Assembly (NCBI GenBank): GCA_041660025.1
Contig: JBAZXD010000002.1
Span: 68,635-132,634, forward strand
Direction of reading: 5' to 3'
DNA length: 64,000 nt
Source of the DNA: Minisyncoccota bacterium
Lineage (GTDB): Bacteria > Patescibacteriota > Minisyncoccia > Phycocordibacterales > Phycocordibacteraceae
Below, piece by piece: positions 1 to 9,417 of this stretch. The first letter of the stretch is position 1; the number at the start of each line of letters is the position of its first letter. The notes beneath the pieces are model-generated. The model was not told the origin of the DNA, did no database searches, and saw only the letters and a list, made by a program, of their open reading frames with translations. A program made the position numbers and the translations under genes.

Positions 1-131
1 TCGATACTGCGACGGAGGGTTCTTACTCGCTGACCTACGCCGCCACCGACGCCGCCGGCAACATCGGCTCCGCTTCCCGCCTCGTCTCCGTTGTTGCCTC
101 TACGACAGTCGCGACCTCCACCACCCCCTAG
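1..131 (+). CDS. 3' end of a surface protein with an Ig-like (DUF5011-type) domain; the 5' part lies outside the window
   Basis: Frame 3 is open from the window edge and ends at TAG 129-131. The tail '...SYSLTYAATDAAGNIGSASRLVSVV' matches the DUF5011/Ig-like pattern '...YTVTYxAxDAAGNxA...RxVxV'. Confidence 0.5.
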   Translation, partial: DTATEGSYSLTYAATDAAGNIGSASRLVSVVASTTVATSTTP

Positions 132-153
132 GAGAGAATATAGAATGTAGTAT

Positions 154-549
154 ATGGATATACGCGATACAAAGACGGAGAAAATACGAAGTTTCAAGGA
201 TCTGCGGGCTTGGCAGCGAGCGCACGACCTCGCCATACAAACTTATTTGCTTACGAAGAAATTTCCGAAAGAAGAACTCTTTGGTATTACTAATCAAATG
301 CGCCGCGCGGCGGTTTCAGTCCCATCCAACCTTGCCGAAGGATTCAGTAGGAAATCGAGCAAAGAAAAGACACAATTCTACGCCATTTCCAAAGGTTCTT
401 TGACAGAGCTTGAGAGTCAGTACTTGATTTCGCGCGATCTTGGCTATGTCTCCGGTCAAGAATTCGCGGATATCGAGGGGAAAATAGAGCAGGTGGGTAA
501 AATAATAACCGGACTTGCAAAATCTACCAGAATCGAACGTGCGCTATAA
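154..549 (+). CDS. four-helix-bundle protein of the 23S rRNA intervening-sequence (IVS) protein family
   Basis: 131-aa ORF; 'FKDLRAWQRAHDLAIQTY...FPKEELFGITNQMRRAAVSVPSNLAEGFSRKSSKEKTQFYAISKGSLTELESQ' is the characteristic TIGR02436-like signature. The gene sits in a visibly AT-richer stretch than its neighbours. Confidence 0.75.
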   Translation: MDIRDTKTEKIRSFKDLRAWQRAHDLAIQTYLLTKKFPKEELFGITNQMRRAAVSVPSNLAEGFSRKSSKEKTQFYAISKGSLTELESQYLISRDLGYVSGQEFADIEGKIEQVGKIITGLAKSTRIERAL

Positions 550-592
550 TAGGACAGCACCTACTATCTTCTATATACTAAATACTAATTCT

Positions 593-1603
593 ATGGCTAT
601 CCGCGTCGCTATTAACGGTTTCGGGAGGATCGGCAGGGCGTTCGCGCGCCGTTCACACGGACGCGATATTGAGATCGTTGCGGTAAATGACCTCGGTTCG
701 CTCGACAATCTCGCGTACCTGCTCAAGTACGACACGGTGTACGGCCGAGCGCCGTTTACGGTCGAGACAAGAGACGGCGCACTCATCATTGATGGGAAGG
801 AAGTGAAATTCTTTTCGGAGAAGGATCCGGGCGCTCTGCCCTGGAAGGACTTAGCGGTAGACGTCGTCGTGGAGAGCACCGGATTTTTTACGAACTATGA
901 AAAGGCGCAGGTGCACATCACGGCGGGCGCGCGGCGCGTGGTCATTACCGCGCCGGTGAAGGAGGAGTCGAACCTCGGTGCGACGGTGCTTGTGGGTCTC
1001 AATGAGGAAAAGCTCGCGACCTGTTCGATATCCAGCAACGCGTCCTGCACCACGAACTCGGCGAGCCCGGTCATCGCTATTCTCGACGAGGTGATCGGTA
1101 TCGAGAAGGCTGTTCTCTCCACGACGCACGCCTACACCGCTTCGCAATCCCTCGTCGACGGTCCGTCGAGAAAGGATAAGAAGGAGGGCAGAGCGGCGGC
1201 GCAGAACATCGTACCGACGACCACCGGCGCCGCGATAGCGGTTACGGAGGCGTATCCGCAACTCACAGGAAAGTTCGACGGTATATCGCTTCGCGTGCCG
1301 GTAGTCGCGGGCTCCATCGCGGATATCACTTTCGTTGCCAAGCGTCCGACGACTGCCGAGGAGGTGAACGAGCTGTTGCGCAGTGGCGCGAAGGCAGCCC
1401 GCTGGGAGGGCATCTTCACGACGACGGACGAAGAATTGGTCTCGAGCGACATCGTCGGCGAACCGTATGCTTCTATCGCCGATCTCGGAATGACACGCGT
1501 GGTCGACGGTACCTTGGTAAAGGTTCTCGCTTGGTACGACAACGAGATGGGGTATACGGAGAGCCTCGTCCGCCATGTGATCGCCGCGTCCAAAGCTCCA
1601 TGA
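593..1603 (+). CDS. gap: glyceraldehyde-3-phosphate dehydrogenase
   Basis: N-terminus 'MAIRVAINGFGRIGR' is the Rossmann NAD motif. Active site 'SNASCTTNSASP' is present. Start chosen at ATG 593 rather than the upstream ORF-track start at 515. The stop TGA overlaps the rpiB start (ATGA). Confidence 0.93.
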   Translation: MAIRVAINGFGRIGRAFARRSHGRDIEIVAVNDLGSLDNLAYLLKYDTVYGRAPFTVETRDGALIIDGKEVKFFSEKDPGALPWKDLAVDVVVESTGFFTNYEKAQVHITAGARRVVITAPVKEESNLGATVLVGLNEEKLATCSISSNASCTTNSASPVIAILDEVIGIEKAVLSTTHAYTASQSLVDGPSRKDKKEGRAAAQNIVPTTTGAAIAVTEAYPQLTGKFDGISLRVPVVAGSIADITFVAKRPTTAEEVNELLRSGAKAARWEGIFTTTDEELVSSDIVGEPYASIADLGMTRVVDGTLVKVLAWYDNEMGYTESLVRHVIAASKAP

Positions 1604-2085
1604 CCAAGGTCTATTTCGCCGCTGACCACGCGGGATTCGCGCTCAAGAATGCGCTCATCGAGCATGTCCGGACGCGCGGATACGAGGTCGAGGACCTCGG
1701 CGCGTTCGCGCTCGCTCCGGAGGATGATTATCCGGATTTTATGACGCCGCTTGCAGAGCGCGTCTCGAACGAGCCGGACAGTTGCGGCGTCATCATCGGC
1801 GGGAGCGGACAAGGGGAAGCGATGTGCGCGAACCGCATCCGCGGCGTCCGCGCCGCGGTATTCTACGGGCCGATGCGCGTGACCGCCGCGCTCGATATCG
1901 AGGGCGGTCATTCCGAGGACGGCTATGACGCGGTGCGCCTCCCGCGACGGCACAATGATGCGAACGTGCTCTCTATCGGCGCGCGCTTCGTCAGCGGTGA
2001 AGAGGCTGATAAGGCGGTCCGTGTATTTCTCGACACGCCGTTCTCCGGTTCTCCGAGGCACGCGCGCCGCCTCGCTAAATTTTAG
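1600..2085 (+). CDS. rpiB: ribose-5-phosphate isomerase B (RpiB/LacAB family)
   Basis: 'MTKVYFAADHAGFALKNALIEHVRTRGYEVEDLG...CGVIIGGSGQGEAMCANRIRGVRAA' is the RpiB fold signature. Translationally coupled to gap. Confidence 0.88.
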   Translation: MTKVYFAADHAGFALKNALIEHVRTRGYEVEDLGAFALAPEDDYPDFMTPLAERVSNEPDSCGVIIGGSGQGEAMCANRIRGVRAAVFYGPMRVTAALDIEGGHSEDGYDAVRLPRRHNDANVLSIGARFVSGEEADKAVRVFLDTPFSGSPRHARRLAKF

Positions 2086-2102
2086 AGATACACTATATAT
2101 AT

Positions 2103-2816
2103 ATGAGCATTGTCGTCCCGGCTGTGCTCCCTTCTTCGCAAAAAGACCTCGAAGAGAAGCTCGCGCTCTTTGCAAGCATCCCTTCAGTGAGCCGCGTACA
2201 GATCGACGTGGTTGACGGACGCTTCGCCTCGCCCGCATCCTGGCCGTACAACGCTCCCCACGAGCTCAACCGTATGGCCGGCCGGCACGAGCTGTTGCCG
2301 CATCTCGACCGCATCGCGTATGAGATCGACCTTATGTGTCTCGACGCCGAGCTCGCCGCTGCGAAGTGGCTCGCGCTTGGCGCGACACGGCTCACCTTCC
2401 ACGCTGAGACCGCGACCGACCTGCCGCGAATGCTCGTCTCCGCGCGCCAACGTTACGGCGCCGGATTCGCCCCCGGGCTCGTCTCCTTCGGTCTCGCGCT
2501 TAACATCGCGAGCGACCTCGTGCTCATCGAACCCTGTCTCGACGAGATAGAGTATGTGCAATTTATGGGTATCGCGCGGATAGGACGGCAGGGGCAACCC
2601 TTCGACCGACGTGTTCTCGAGAAGGTGCGCGCATTTCACAATCGCCACCCGGAGATTCCGCTCCAGATTGACGGCGGCGTTTCGCTCGAAAGTGCGCGGG
2701 AGCTCGTCGCGCTCGGCGTCTCCAACCTGATCGTCGGTTCCGGCATCCTGCGTGCGAGCGACCCCGCTGCCGCGCTTGCGGCGTTCGAAGAACTGCGGAA
2801 CCTGTACGGCATCTGA
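2103..2816 (+). CDS. rpe: ribulose-phosphate 3-epimerase
   Basis: 'SRVQIDVVDGRFA', 'EIDLMCLDAE' and a C-terminal 'LQIDGGVSLESAREL...GSGI' match Rpe TIM-barrel motifs. Confidence 0.8.
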   Translation: MSIVVPAVLPSSQKDLEEKLALFASIPSVSRVQIDVVDGRFASPASWPYNAPHELNRMAGRHELLPHLDRIAYEIDLMCLDAELAAAKWLALGATRLTFHAETATDLPRMLVSARQRYGAGFAPGLVSFGLALNIASDLVLIEPCLDEIEYVQFMGIARIGRQGQPFDRRVLEKVRAFHNRHPEIPLQIDGGVSLESARELVALGVSNLIVGSGILRASDPAAALAAFEELRNLYGI

Positions 2817-2830
2817 GTTATACTAGACGT

Positions 2831-3688
2831 ATGGCACTTACCGACGAACAAACGCGCGCGCTCGAGAAGAAGGCGGAATCCATCCGCGAGACGATCATCC
2901 AGATGCTCGTCGCGGCGAAGAGCGGACATACCGCTGGCCCTCTGGGTATGGCGGACATCTTTACCGCATTCTATTTCCACATCCTCAATCACGATCCAAA
3001 GGATCCGGATCGGGCGGATCGAGACCGCCTCATCCTCTCCAATGGCCATATCGTACCGGTCCGGTACGCAGCGATGGCGCATGCGGGCTACTTCCCGGTC
3101 GAAGAATGCCTCACTCTGCGTGCGTTCGACAGTCGGCTCCAGGGGCACCCGGAGCGCCTGCGCCTGCCCGGGCTCGAGACTACCTCCGGCCCCTTGGGCG
3201 AAGGGCTCTCGCAAGCGGCGGGTATGGCGTACTCCTTCCGTATGGACGGCGCGAAACAGCGCGTGTATTGCCTGATGAGCGACGGCGAGCAGGAAGCAGG
3301 GAACACTTGGGAAGCGGCACTGTTCGCAGGCAAGAATAAGCTCCACAACCTCACGGCGGTAATGGACCGGAACAATATTCAGATAGACGGAATGACCGAG
3401 GATGTGATGCCGCTTGAGCCGATCGCAGACAAGTATCGTGCGTTCAACTGGCATGTGCTCGAAGTGAACGGACACGATATCCCCGCGTTCATCAGTGCGG
3501 TCGAAGAAGCGAAAACCATCTACGAGAAGCCAACGCTCATCATCGCGCACACTATTCCCGGCAGGGGCGTCCCCGAGATTGAATTCGACTATCACTGGCA
3601 CGGTAAGCCGCCGACCGCGGAAGAAGCGAAGCACTTTCTAAAAGATATCCGCACGATGGGCGGCAAGGTCCCTCACGAATATGCTTAA
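2831..3688 (+). CDS. tkt: transketolase, N-terminal (TPP-binding) subunit of a split transketolase
   Basis: 'SGHTAGPLGMADIFTAFYFHILNHDP...DRLILSNGH...CLMSDGEQEAGNTWEAALFAGKNKLHNLTAVMDRNNIQIDG' is the transketolase PP domain. Confidence 0.9.
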   Translation: MALTDEQTRALEKKAESIRETIIQMLVAAKSGHTAGPLGMADIFTAFYFHILNHDPKDPDRADRDRLILSNGHIVPVRYAAMAHAGYFPVEECLTLRAFDSRLQGHPERLRLPGLETTSGPLGEGLSQAAGMAYSFRMDGAKQRVYCLMSDGEQEAGNTWEAALFAGKNKLHNLTAVMDRNNIQIDGMTEDVMPLEPIADKYRAFNWHVLEVNGHDIPAFISAVEEAKTIYEKPTLIIAHTIPGRGVPEIEFDYHWHGKPPTAEEAKHFLKDIRTMGGKVPHEYA

Positions 3689-4667
3689 TCAAGACGCAAA
3701 ATTGGCCGAAAACATATTTGCGGACGACGTACCGCAGGCGCCGACGCGCGACGGCTTCGGGAAAGGAACGGTGGAGGCGGGGAAGGCCGATACGCGCGTG
3801 GTGGTGCTCTGCGCCGACCTCGCCGAGAGCACGCGCGCCGAGTGGTTCCAGAAAGAATTTCCCGAGCGCTACGTCGAGATGGGCGTCGCCGAGCAAAATA
3901 TGGCAGCCGTCGCCGCCGGTATGGCAGAGGCGGGGAAGATACCGTTCATCGCAAGCTACGCGGCATTCTCGCCGGGCCGCAATTACGAGCAGATCCGCAC
4001 AAGCATTGCGCTCAACCGACAGCCGGTCAAGGTGTGCGGGATGCACGCCGGCGTCTCCGTCGGCCCTGACGGCGCGACACACCAGATGCTCGAGGATATC
4101 GGGATGATGCGTATGCTCCCGGGGATGACGGTCATCGCTCCTGGAGACAGCGAGGAGGCACGCAAAGCGGTCGTCGCCGCCGCGAAAACGGACGGGCCGG
4201 TGTATCTTCGCTTCGGCCGTGCGGCGACGCCGGTCTTCACGACGAGCGAGACGCCGTTTCAGATAGGGAAGGCGCTCGTGCTCTGGGAATCGGAAAAGCC
4301 GCAAGTCGCGATACTCTCGACCGGTTCTCTAAGCTATGCCGCGCTTGTCGCGGCCCGCGCGCTCGCCGAAAGCGGTATCGAGAGCATCGTACTCCACGTG
4401 CCGACCATAAAGCCACTCGACGAGGCGGCAGTACTCGAGGTGGCGAAGCGCGCGGGCCGCGTCATTACCGTCGAAGAACACCAGGCCGCCGGCGGCTTCG
4501 GGAGCGCCGTGGTGGAATTCCTTTCCGAGCACCACCCGGTGCCCGTGCGACGGCTCGGCGTGCAGGACCAGTTCGGCCAGTCGGGTACTCCCGAAGAACT
4601 TTTAAAACACTACGAGCTCGACGCTCTCCACATCACAGAGGCTGCCCATGCGTGCATTCATATATGA
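3681..4667 (+). CDS. tkt: transketolase, C-terminal (Pyr + C-terminal domain) subunit
   Basis: 'TRDGFGKGTVEAGKADTRVVVLCADLAESTRAEWFQKEFPERYVEMGVAEQNMAAVAAGMA' is present, and the ORF overlaps the N-terminal subunit gene by 8 nt. Confidence 0.9.
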   Translation: MLNQDAKLAENIFADDVPQAPTRDGFGKGTVEAGKADTRVVVLCADLAESTRAEWFQKEFPERYVEMGVAEQNMAAVAAGMAEAGKIPFIASYAAFSPGRNYEQIRTSIALNRQPVKVCGMHAGVSVGPDGATHQMLEDIGMMRMLPGMTVIAPGDSEEARKAVVAAAKTDGPVYLRFGRAATPVFTTSETPFQIGKALVLWESEKPQVAILSTGSLSYAALVAARALAESGIESIVLHVPTIKPLDEAAVLEVAKRAGRVITVEEHQAAGGFGSAVVEFLSEHHPVPVRRLGVQDQFGQSGTPEELLKHYELDALHITEAAHACIHI

Positions 4668-4842
4668 TGGGGGTATGAAAAATACGATAAACTCCTATTT
4701 TGCAGTGCTCATCATCACCATCGCAGGCGCGAGCGCCGCTTGGCTCATCGTACATATGGCAAATTCCGTTTCCCTCATCACCACCTTCAGCGGCTCAGAA
4801 GCGACCTACGCGCAGCTTCAGCAGTCCATACTGAAACCGTAA
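4648..4842 (+). CDS. small predicted membrane protein (hypothetical)
   Basis: 64-aa ORF with one hydrophobic helix 'YFAVLIITIAGASAAWLIVHM'. No recognisable family; the start may be the internal Met at about 4675. Confidence 0.3.
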   Translation: MRAFIYDGGMKNTINSYFAVLIITIAGASAAWLIVHMANSVSLITTFSGSEATYAQLQQSILKP

Positions 4843-4855
4843 CGGTTCTTCTTAG

Positions 4856-5839
4856 TTAGAGCGTACGAACGGCGTACGAAGAGGGTGCGTCGTCGAGATA
4901 TTGTTCCAGTGCATTACGCGTGAGCAGGCTTTTCTGCGCGCCGACTTCCTGCACGACCGACATAGCATTTACCGGCCCCCAGAGAAGCGCTTCAGCAAGC
5001 GACTTTCCGAGTGCAAGTGCGGCGACGAACGTTGAAGTTGTCGCGTCGCCCGCGCCCGTGCGGTCGATCGGCGGCGAAGCATCCGGATACATCGGTACCT
5101 TGAGCGTTTCTGTGCCGTCGGAGGCGTATGCGCCGTTTCGTCCGTCGGTAATGAGCACGATCTTCGGGCCGAGCGCGCGCATCTTTTCCAGCAATGTTCG
5201 TATATCCGTCTCGCCGAGCTCCAAGATGCGCTGTGCCTCCTCTTTATTTACGGCGACGACCTCTGTCGCGGCGTAGAGCGCAGCGAGCTTCTCTTTGCCC
5301 ATCTGTATCTGGAACGTGCCGGGCTGGAAGGCAAGCTTCGTCTCGGGATGCTCGTTAAGCCACGCGACCAGCTCGCTGTGGAGCGCTTCGGCACCCTCGC
5401 CGGTCGAGGAGAGATAGAGCCACTTCGGTGCTTTAAAGCCGCTCGGAATGAGGTACGGATATGCTTCGTGCCGGATGAGGATGGTGCGCTCGGCTTCGTA
5501 CCAGAGTACGTAATGATGATTTGTCGGAATGCCGTCGTTCACGGCAACATACGTCGTATCGATACCTTCTCGGGAGAAAGTCGCAAGGATCTCTTCTCCA
5601 TACCGGTCCTTCCCGACGTTTGAGATGAATCCAGAGGAGAGGCCGAGGCGCGCGGCGGCGACTGCGGCGTTCGCCGCATTGCCTACACCCGGCACGAGGA
5701 TGGAGGCATCGTAGGGTATCTTATCGCCCCACCGCATCGAGATGGTGCAATTCTGGTTGTTGATGTCGCAGGTGACGCGCGCGTCCTTAAGCTTGATGAA
5801 CTCGTCAACAGTAGTGTCGCCGATAGCCACAAAATCCAT
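4856..5839 (-). CDS. PfkB-family carbohydrate/ribo-kinase
   Basis: Ribokinase-like motifs 'VPGVGNAANAAVAAARLG' and C-terminal 'DRTGAGDATTSTFVAALALG' (the GAGD anion-hole/ATP motif). Confidence 0.8.
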   Translation of the reverse strand: MDFVAIGDTTVDEFIKLKDARVTCDINNQNCTISMRWGDKIPYDASILVPGVGNAANAAVAAARLGLSSGFISNVGKDRYGEEILATFSREGIDTTYVAVNDGIPTNHHYVLWYEAERTILIRHEAYPYLIPSGFKAPKWLYLSSTGEGAEALHSELVAWLNEHPETKLAFQPGTFQIQMGKEKLAALYAATEVVAVNKEEAQRILELGETDIRTLLEKMRALGPKIVLITDGRNGAYASDGTETLKVPMYPDASPPIDRTGAGDATTSTFVAALALGKSLAEALLWGPVNAMSVVQEVGAQKSLLTRNALEQYLDDAPSSYAVRTL

Positions 5840-5871
5840 AGAAATATTCTAGCACGTGGTACCATAAATCT

Positions 5872-6864
5872 ATGACCGACCTTGTTGCGACCGCCCGTTC
5901 GCTCTTCGCACCCGGCAAAGGCATCCTCGCCGCGGATGAAAGCGAGCATACGGCGACCGCGCGTCTCGCCGAGTACGGCATTCCCGCAAGTGCGGAGACG
6001 CGCCGGCAGTATCGCGACCTCTTCCTCGGTGCGGAGGGTATCGAACACTATCTCTCGGGCATCATCCTTTTCTCCGAGACGCTCGCTCAGAAGGGGAACG
6101 ACAAGAAATTATTTCCGAAATCGCTCGCGGCGCGCGGTATCCTCCCGGGGGTGAAGGTGGATCTCGGGACCGAGCCGATCAGCGAGAGTCCGCGGGAGCT
6201 CATCACGCACGGCCTTCTCGATCTCCCCGAACGGCTCGTCGAATATAAGAAACAGGGTGCGGTCTTCACTAAGTGGCGCGCAGTCATCCGTATCGACGGC
6301 GACGGACTCCCGACGGCGCTCGCCACCCACGAGAACGCGAAGCGTCTGGCGAGCTACGCGAAGGAGGTACAGTCGGCCGGCCTCGTGCCGATACTCGAGC
6401 CAGAAGTATTGCTCGAAGGGAAACATAGCCGCATACGGGCACGTGCGGTTATCGAAGAAACCCTGCAGACACTTTTTTCAGTACTTGCCGAGCATTCGGT
6501 TGACCGTGCGAGCGTCATCGTGAAGACGTCCATGGCGCTCTCGGGGAGCACGAGCGGAAAGAAGGATACGCCCGACGAGGTCGCCGCCGACACGCTCGCG
6601 GCGCTTATCAAGAGCGTGCCGCCCCAGGTGGCGGGCATCGTGTTTCTTTCGGGGGGACAAACGCCCTCGGTGGCAACCGCGAATCTCTCTGCGATAATGA
6701 AACAAGCGAAGAATATGAACGCTCCGTGGCCGCTCACCTTCAGCTTCGCCCGCGCGCTCCAGGAAGAAGCACTCGCCCTGTGGAAGGGGAAGGAAGAAAA
6801 TGTTCCCGCCGCGCGCTCGGCGTTCCTCGCGCGTCTCGCCCGCGTCTCCGCCGCCCTCGGCTGA
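5872..6864 (+). CDS. fba: fructose-bisphosphate aldolase, class I (eukaryote-type)
   Basis: 'LFAPGKGILAADESEHTATARL...ETLAQKGNDKKLFPKSLAARGILPGVKVDLG' matches class I FBA, including the hallmark 'GKGILAADES'. Confidence 0.88.
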   Translation: MTDLVATARSLFAPGKGILAADESEHTATARLAEYGIPASAETRRQYRDLFLGAEGIEHYLSGIILFSETLAQKGNDKKLFPKSLAARGILPGVKVDLGTEPISESPRELITHGLLDLPERLVEYKKQGAVFTKWRAVIRIDGDGLPTALATHENAKRLASYAKEVQSAGLVPILEPEVLLEGKHSRIRARAVIEETLQTLFSVLAEHSVDRASVIVKTSMALSGSTSGKKDTPDEVAADTLAALIKSVPPQVAGIVFLSGGQTPSVATANLSAIMKQAKNMNAPWPLTFSFARALQEEALALWKGKEENVPAARSAFLARLARVSAALG

Positions 6865-6906
6865 AAAGATTGCGTTCCAGGCTCTTTTCAGTTATATTCA
6901 GGCATT

Positions 6907-7554
6907 ATGCTTACGCTCACGGTAGAGAAGCGCGAGAAAACCGGCGCGAGCGCTCCGGCGCTCCGACGCGCGGGGTCCATCCCCGCGGTCGTGTATGGCG
7001 CGCATCACGCGTCGACGCCAATCACCGTCTCGGCGGGCGCGTTCGAAAAGATTTTGCGCGAAGCTGGCGAAGCGACCATTGTGTCGCTTTCGGGTCTCGG
7101 CGCTGCGCTCCCGACGCTTATCCACGAAGTCGACCTCGACCCGCTCACGAATCGCCCGCGCCACGTCGATTTCTATGCAGTGACCAAGGGCGAGAAAGTC
7201 GAGGTCGCCATTCCGCTCTCCTTTGAAGGAGTTTCTGCGGCTGTTGAGGCGGGCGCGAATCTCGTGAAGGTGCTCCACGAACTCGAGGTGGAGGCCGACC
7301 CGATGAGCCTCCCGCACAACATCAGTGTTGATATTTCTCTGCTCGCGGCTCTCGGCGATAAGATTCACGCAAGCGACCTCGTTCTCCCGTCCGGTATTGA
7401 GCTGGTCACGCCGCCGGAAGAGGTCATCGCGCTCGTGCAGGAAGTCGTCGAGGAGAAGGAGGAGGTCGCACCCGCCGATATCGCCTCCATCGAGGTTGAG
7501 AAGAAGGGTAAGGAAGAAGCGGCGGAAGGAGAAGCGCCGGCGGAAAACGCTTAA
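6907..7554 (+). CDS. rplY: 50S ribosomal protein L25 / general stress protein Ctc
   Basis: 'LTVEKREKTGASAPALRRAGSIPAVVYG...HEVDLDPLTNRPRHVDFYAV' is the L25/Ctc fold, followed by an acidic C-terminal tail. Confidence 0.85.
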   Translation: MLTLTVEKREKTGASAPALRRAGSIPAVVYGAHHASTPITVSAGAFEKILREAGEATIVSLSGLGAALPTLIHEVDLDPLTNRPRHVDFYAVTKGEKVEVAIPLSFEGVSAAVEAGANLVKVLHELEVEADPMSLPHNISVDISLLAALGDKIHASDLVLPSGIELVTPPEEVIALVQEVVEEKEEVAPADIASIEVEKKGKEEAAEGEAPAENA

Positions 7555-7590
7555 GGTCTCCCGAAAACATCATGCTAGAATGACCGGACA

Positions 7591-8979
7591 ATGCGCCGGT
7601 TTTTCTTTTTTGTTCTCGGATGCGCGTTCTTTCTTACGCCCTCTGCGGTGTTCGCGCAGGATATTGCACAAGCGGTCACGAACCGCCAGCAGGAACTGCA
7701 GAATCAGCTGGACGAGATCGAACGGCAGATCGCCGCGCAACAACAGCTCCTGGACAAGGCGCAGGGCCAGCGTCAAACGCTCCAGACCCAGATAGACGCC
7801 TTTAACGCGGAGATCAAGAAGACACAACTCCGGATCCAAACGATCAACCTTACGATAACGCAGTTGAATGGCGACATCGGCGTACGCAACAAAACACTCT
7901 CACAACTCTCGGCGCGGCTCACCGCGGAGAAGGAGTCGCTCGCGCAGATATTGCGGCAGACGCAGGTGCTCGACGATTACTCGGTCGTCAGTGTCGCGCT
8001 CGGCTCGAAGAGCGTCTCGGGTTTCTTCAGCGACCTGGACGCCTTCGCCTCTATTAAGAGCTCGCTCGCGAAGTCGTTCGACCAGATCGAACGGACGAGC
8101 ATCTCGACCGAGGCGGAGAAGGAGGCGCTCCAGGCACGGCTCGCGGAACAGGAACAGTTGCGCACCGTCGCACAGCTCGCTAAGCAGGCGGTACAGGCGC
8201 AAGAGCAGGAGAAACAAAAACTGCTCACCCAGACCAAGGGCATCGAGGCGAATTATCAGAAGCTCATCGCGACGAGCCAGCGGACCGCCGCGCAGATCCG
8301 CAGTGAACTCTTCTCGCTCCGCGATAGCGCGGCGATACCGTTCGGTACGGCGCTGACCTATGCGCTCGCCGCCGAGCGGGCGACCGGGACGCGCGCGGCG
8401 GTTACGCTCGGGGTGCTGAAGCAGGAAACGAATCTCGGCGAGAATCTCGGCACCGGCACGTGGCGGGTCGATATGGCGCCTCTGCGCGACCAGCCGGTCT
8501 TCGTTTATATCACGCAGACGCTCGGCTTCGACCCGGACAAGATGCCGGTCTCAAAGAAGCCCTGGTACGGCTGGGGCGGGGCGATGGGCCCGGGGCAGTT
8601 CATCCCCTCGACCTGGGTCTGCTACGGCGGATTCGTGAATACCAAAACGAATACCTGCTCGCCACCGTCGGGCGCGAATAGCTCGTTCTGGCAAGGCCCA
8701 TGGCAATATGTCGCGAGCAAGGACCGTGTTCGGAAGCTCCTGAGCGGCAGCTCGCCGAGCAATCCGTGGGACGCGCAGACGGCCATTATGGCAACCGCGA
8801 TGCTGATGGCCGATAACGGCGCAGGGAAGCAGACGCTCGCCGCAGAGCGGCTCGCGGCGATGCGCTATTTCGCCGGCTGGGCGGGCGCCAATAAACCCGC
8901 CTACGCGTTCTATGGCGACGGCGTGATGGAATTCGCGGCGAAGTTCCAGCGCGACATCGACCTGCTCGGCGGTTCCTAA
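7591..8979 (+). CDS. secreted coiled-coil protein with a C-terminal lytic-transglycosylase-like (MltB/SLT-type) domain
   Basis: Signal peptide 'MRRFFFFVLGCAFFLTPSAVFA', then about 250 aa of Q/E/L-rich heptad repeats. The C-terminal domain carries 'WYGWGGAMGPGQFIPSTW', resembling the MltB-type catalytic motif. Confidence 0.65.
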   Translation: MRRFFFFVLGCAFFLTPSAVFAQDIAQAVTNRQQELQNQLDEIERQIAAQQQLLDKAQGQRQTLQTQIDAFNAEIKKTQLRIQTINLTITQLNGDIGVRNKTLSQLSARLTAEKESLAQILRQTQVLDDYSVVSVALGSKSVSGFFSDLDAFASIKSSLAKSFDQIERTSISTEAEKEALQARLAEQEQLRTVAQLAKQAVQAQEQEKQKLLTQTKGIEANYQKLIATSQRTAAQIRSELFSLRDSAAIPFGTALTYALAAERATGTRAAVTLGVLKQETNLGENLGTGTWRVDMAPLRDQPVFVYITQTLGFDPDKMPVSKKPWYGWGGAMGPGQFIPSTWVCYGGFVNTKTNTCSPPSGANSSFWQGPWQYVASKDRVRKLLSGSSPSNPWDAQTAIMATAMLMADNGAGKQTLAAERLAAMRYFAGWAGANKPAYAFYGDGVMEFAAKFQRDIDLLGGS

Positions 8980-9039
8980 GAGGAGGCGAGCGAGCTACCG
9001 GGCTTCCAAGAATTCCAGTCCTATGGTAAGCTCGGCGGA

Positions 9040-9288
9040 ATGAAGAAAGATATCCATCCCGCAGAATACCGGCAGGTCGTGTTCGAGGATCTCTCCTCGG
9101 GCGCCGCATTCCTTATCGGCTCGACCATCGCGACGACCGAAACGACGAAATTTGAGGGAAAAGAGTACCCGAAAGTGACGGTCGAGATCTCGAGCAAATC
9201 GCACCCATTTTATACCGGTGAGGACCGCACGCTCGACAAGGCCGGCCGAGTTGAACGCTTCAAACAGCGCGCAGCGAAAAAGCGATAG
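9040..9288 (+). CDS. rpmE: 50S ribosomal protein L31
   Basis: '[60 protein letters not shown]' is the L31 signature. Confidence 0.88.
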   Translation: MKKDIHPAEYRQVVFEDLSSGAAFLIGSTIATTETTKFEGKEYPKVTVEISSKSHPFYTGEDRTLDKAGRVERFKQRAAKKR

Positions 9289-9417
9289 AACCATCCCGCC
9301 TGCATCGTTGCGGGCCCCGGCGATTTTCTCCGCCGTACCTCAGGTACGTCTCCGAAAATCGCCCGCCCGCGCCTTGCATCCGAGGCGGTTCTATCACTTT
9401 TCTGGTATCTTGATTCA

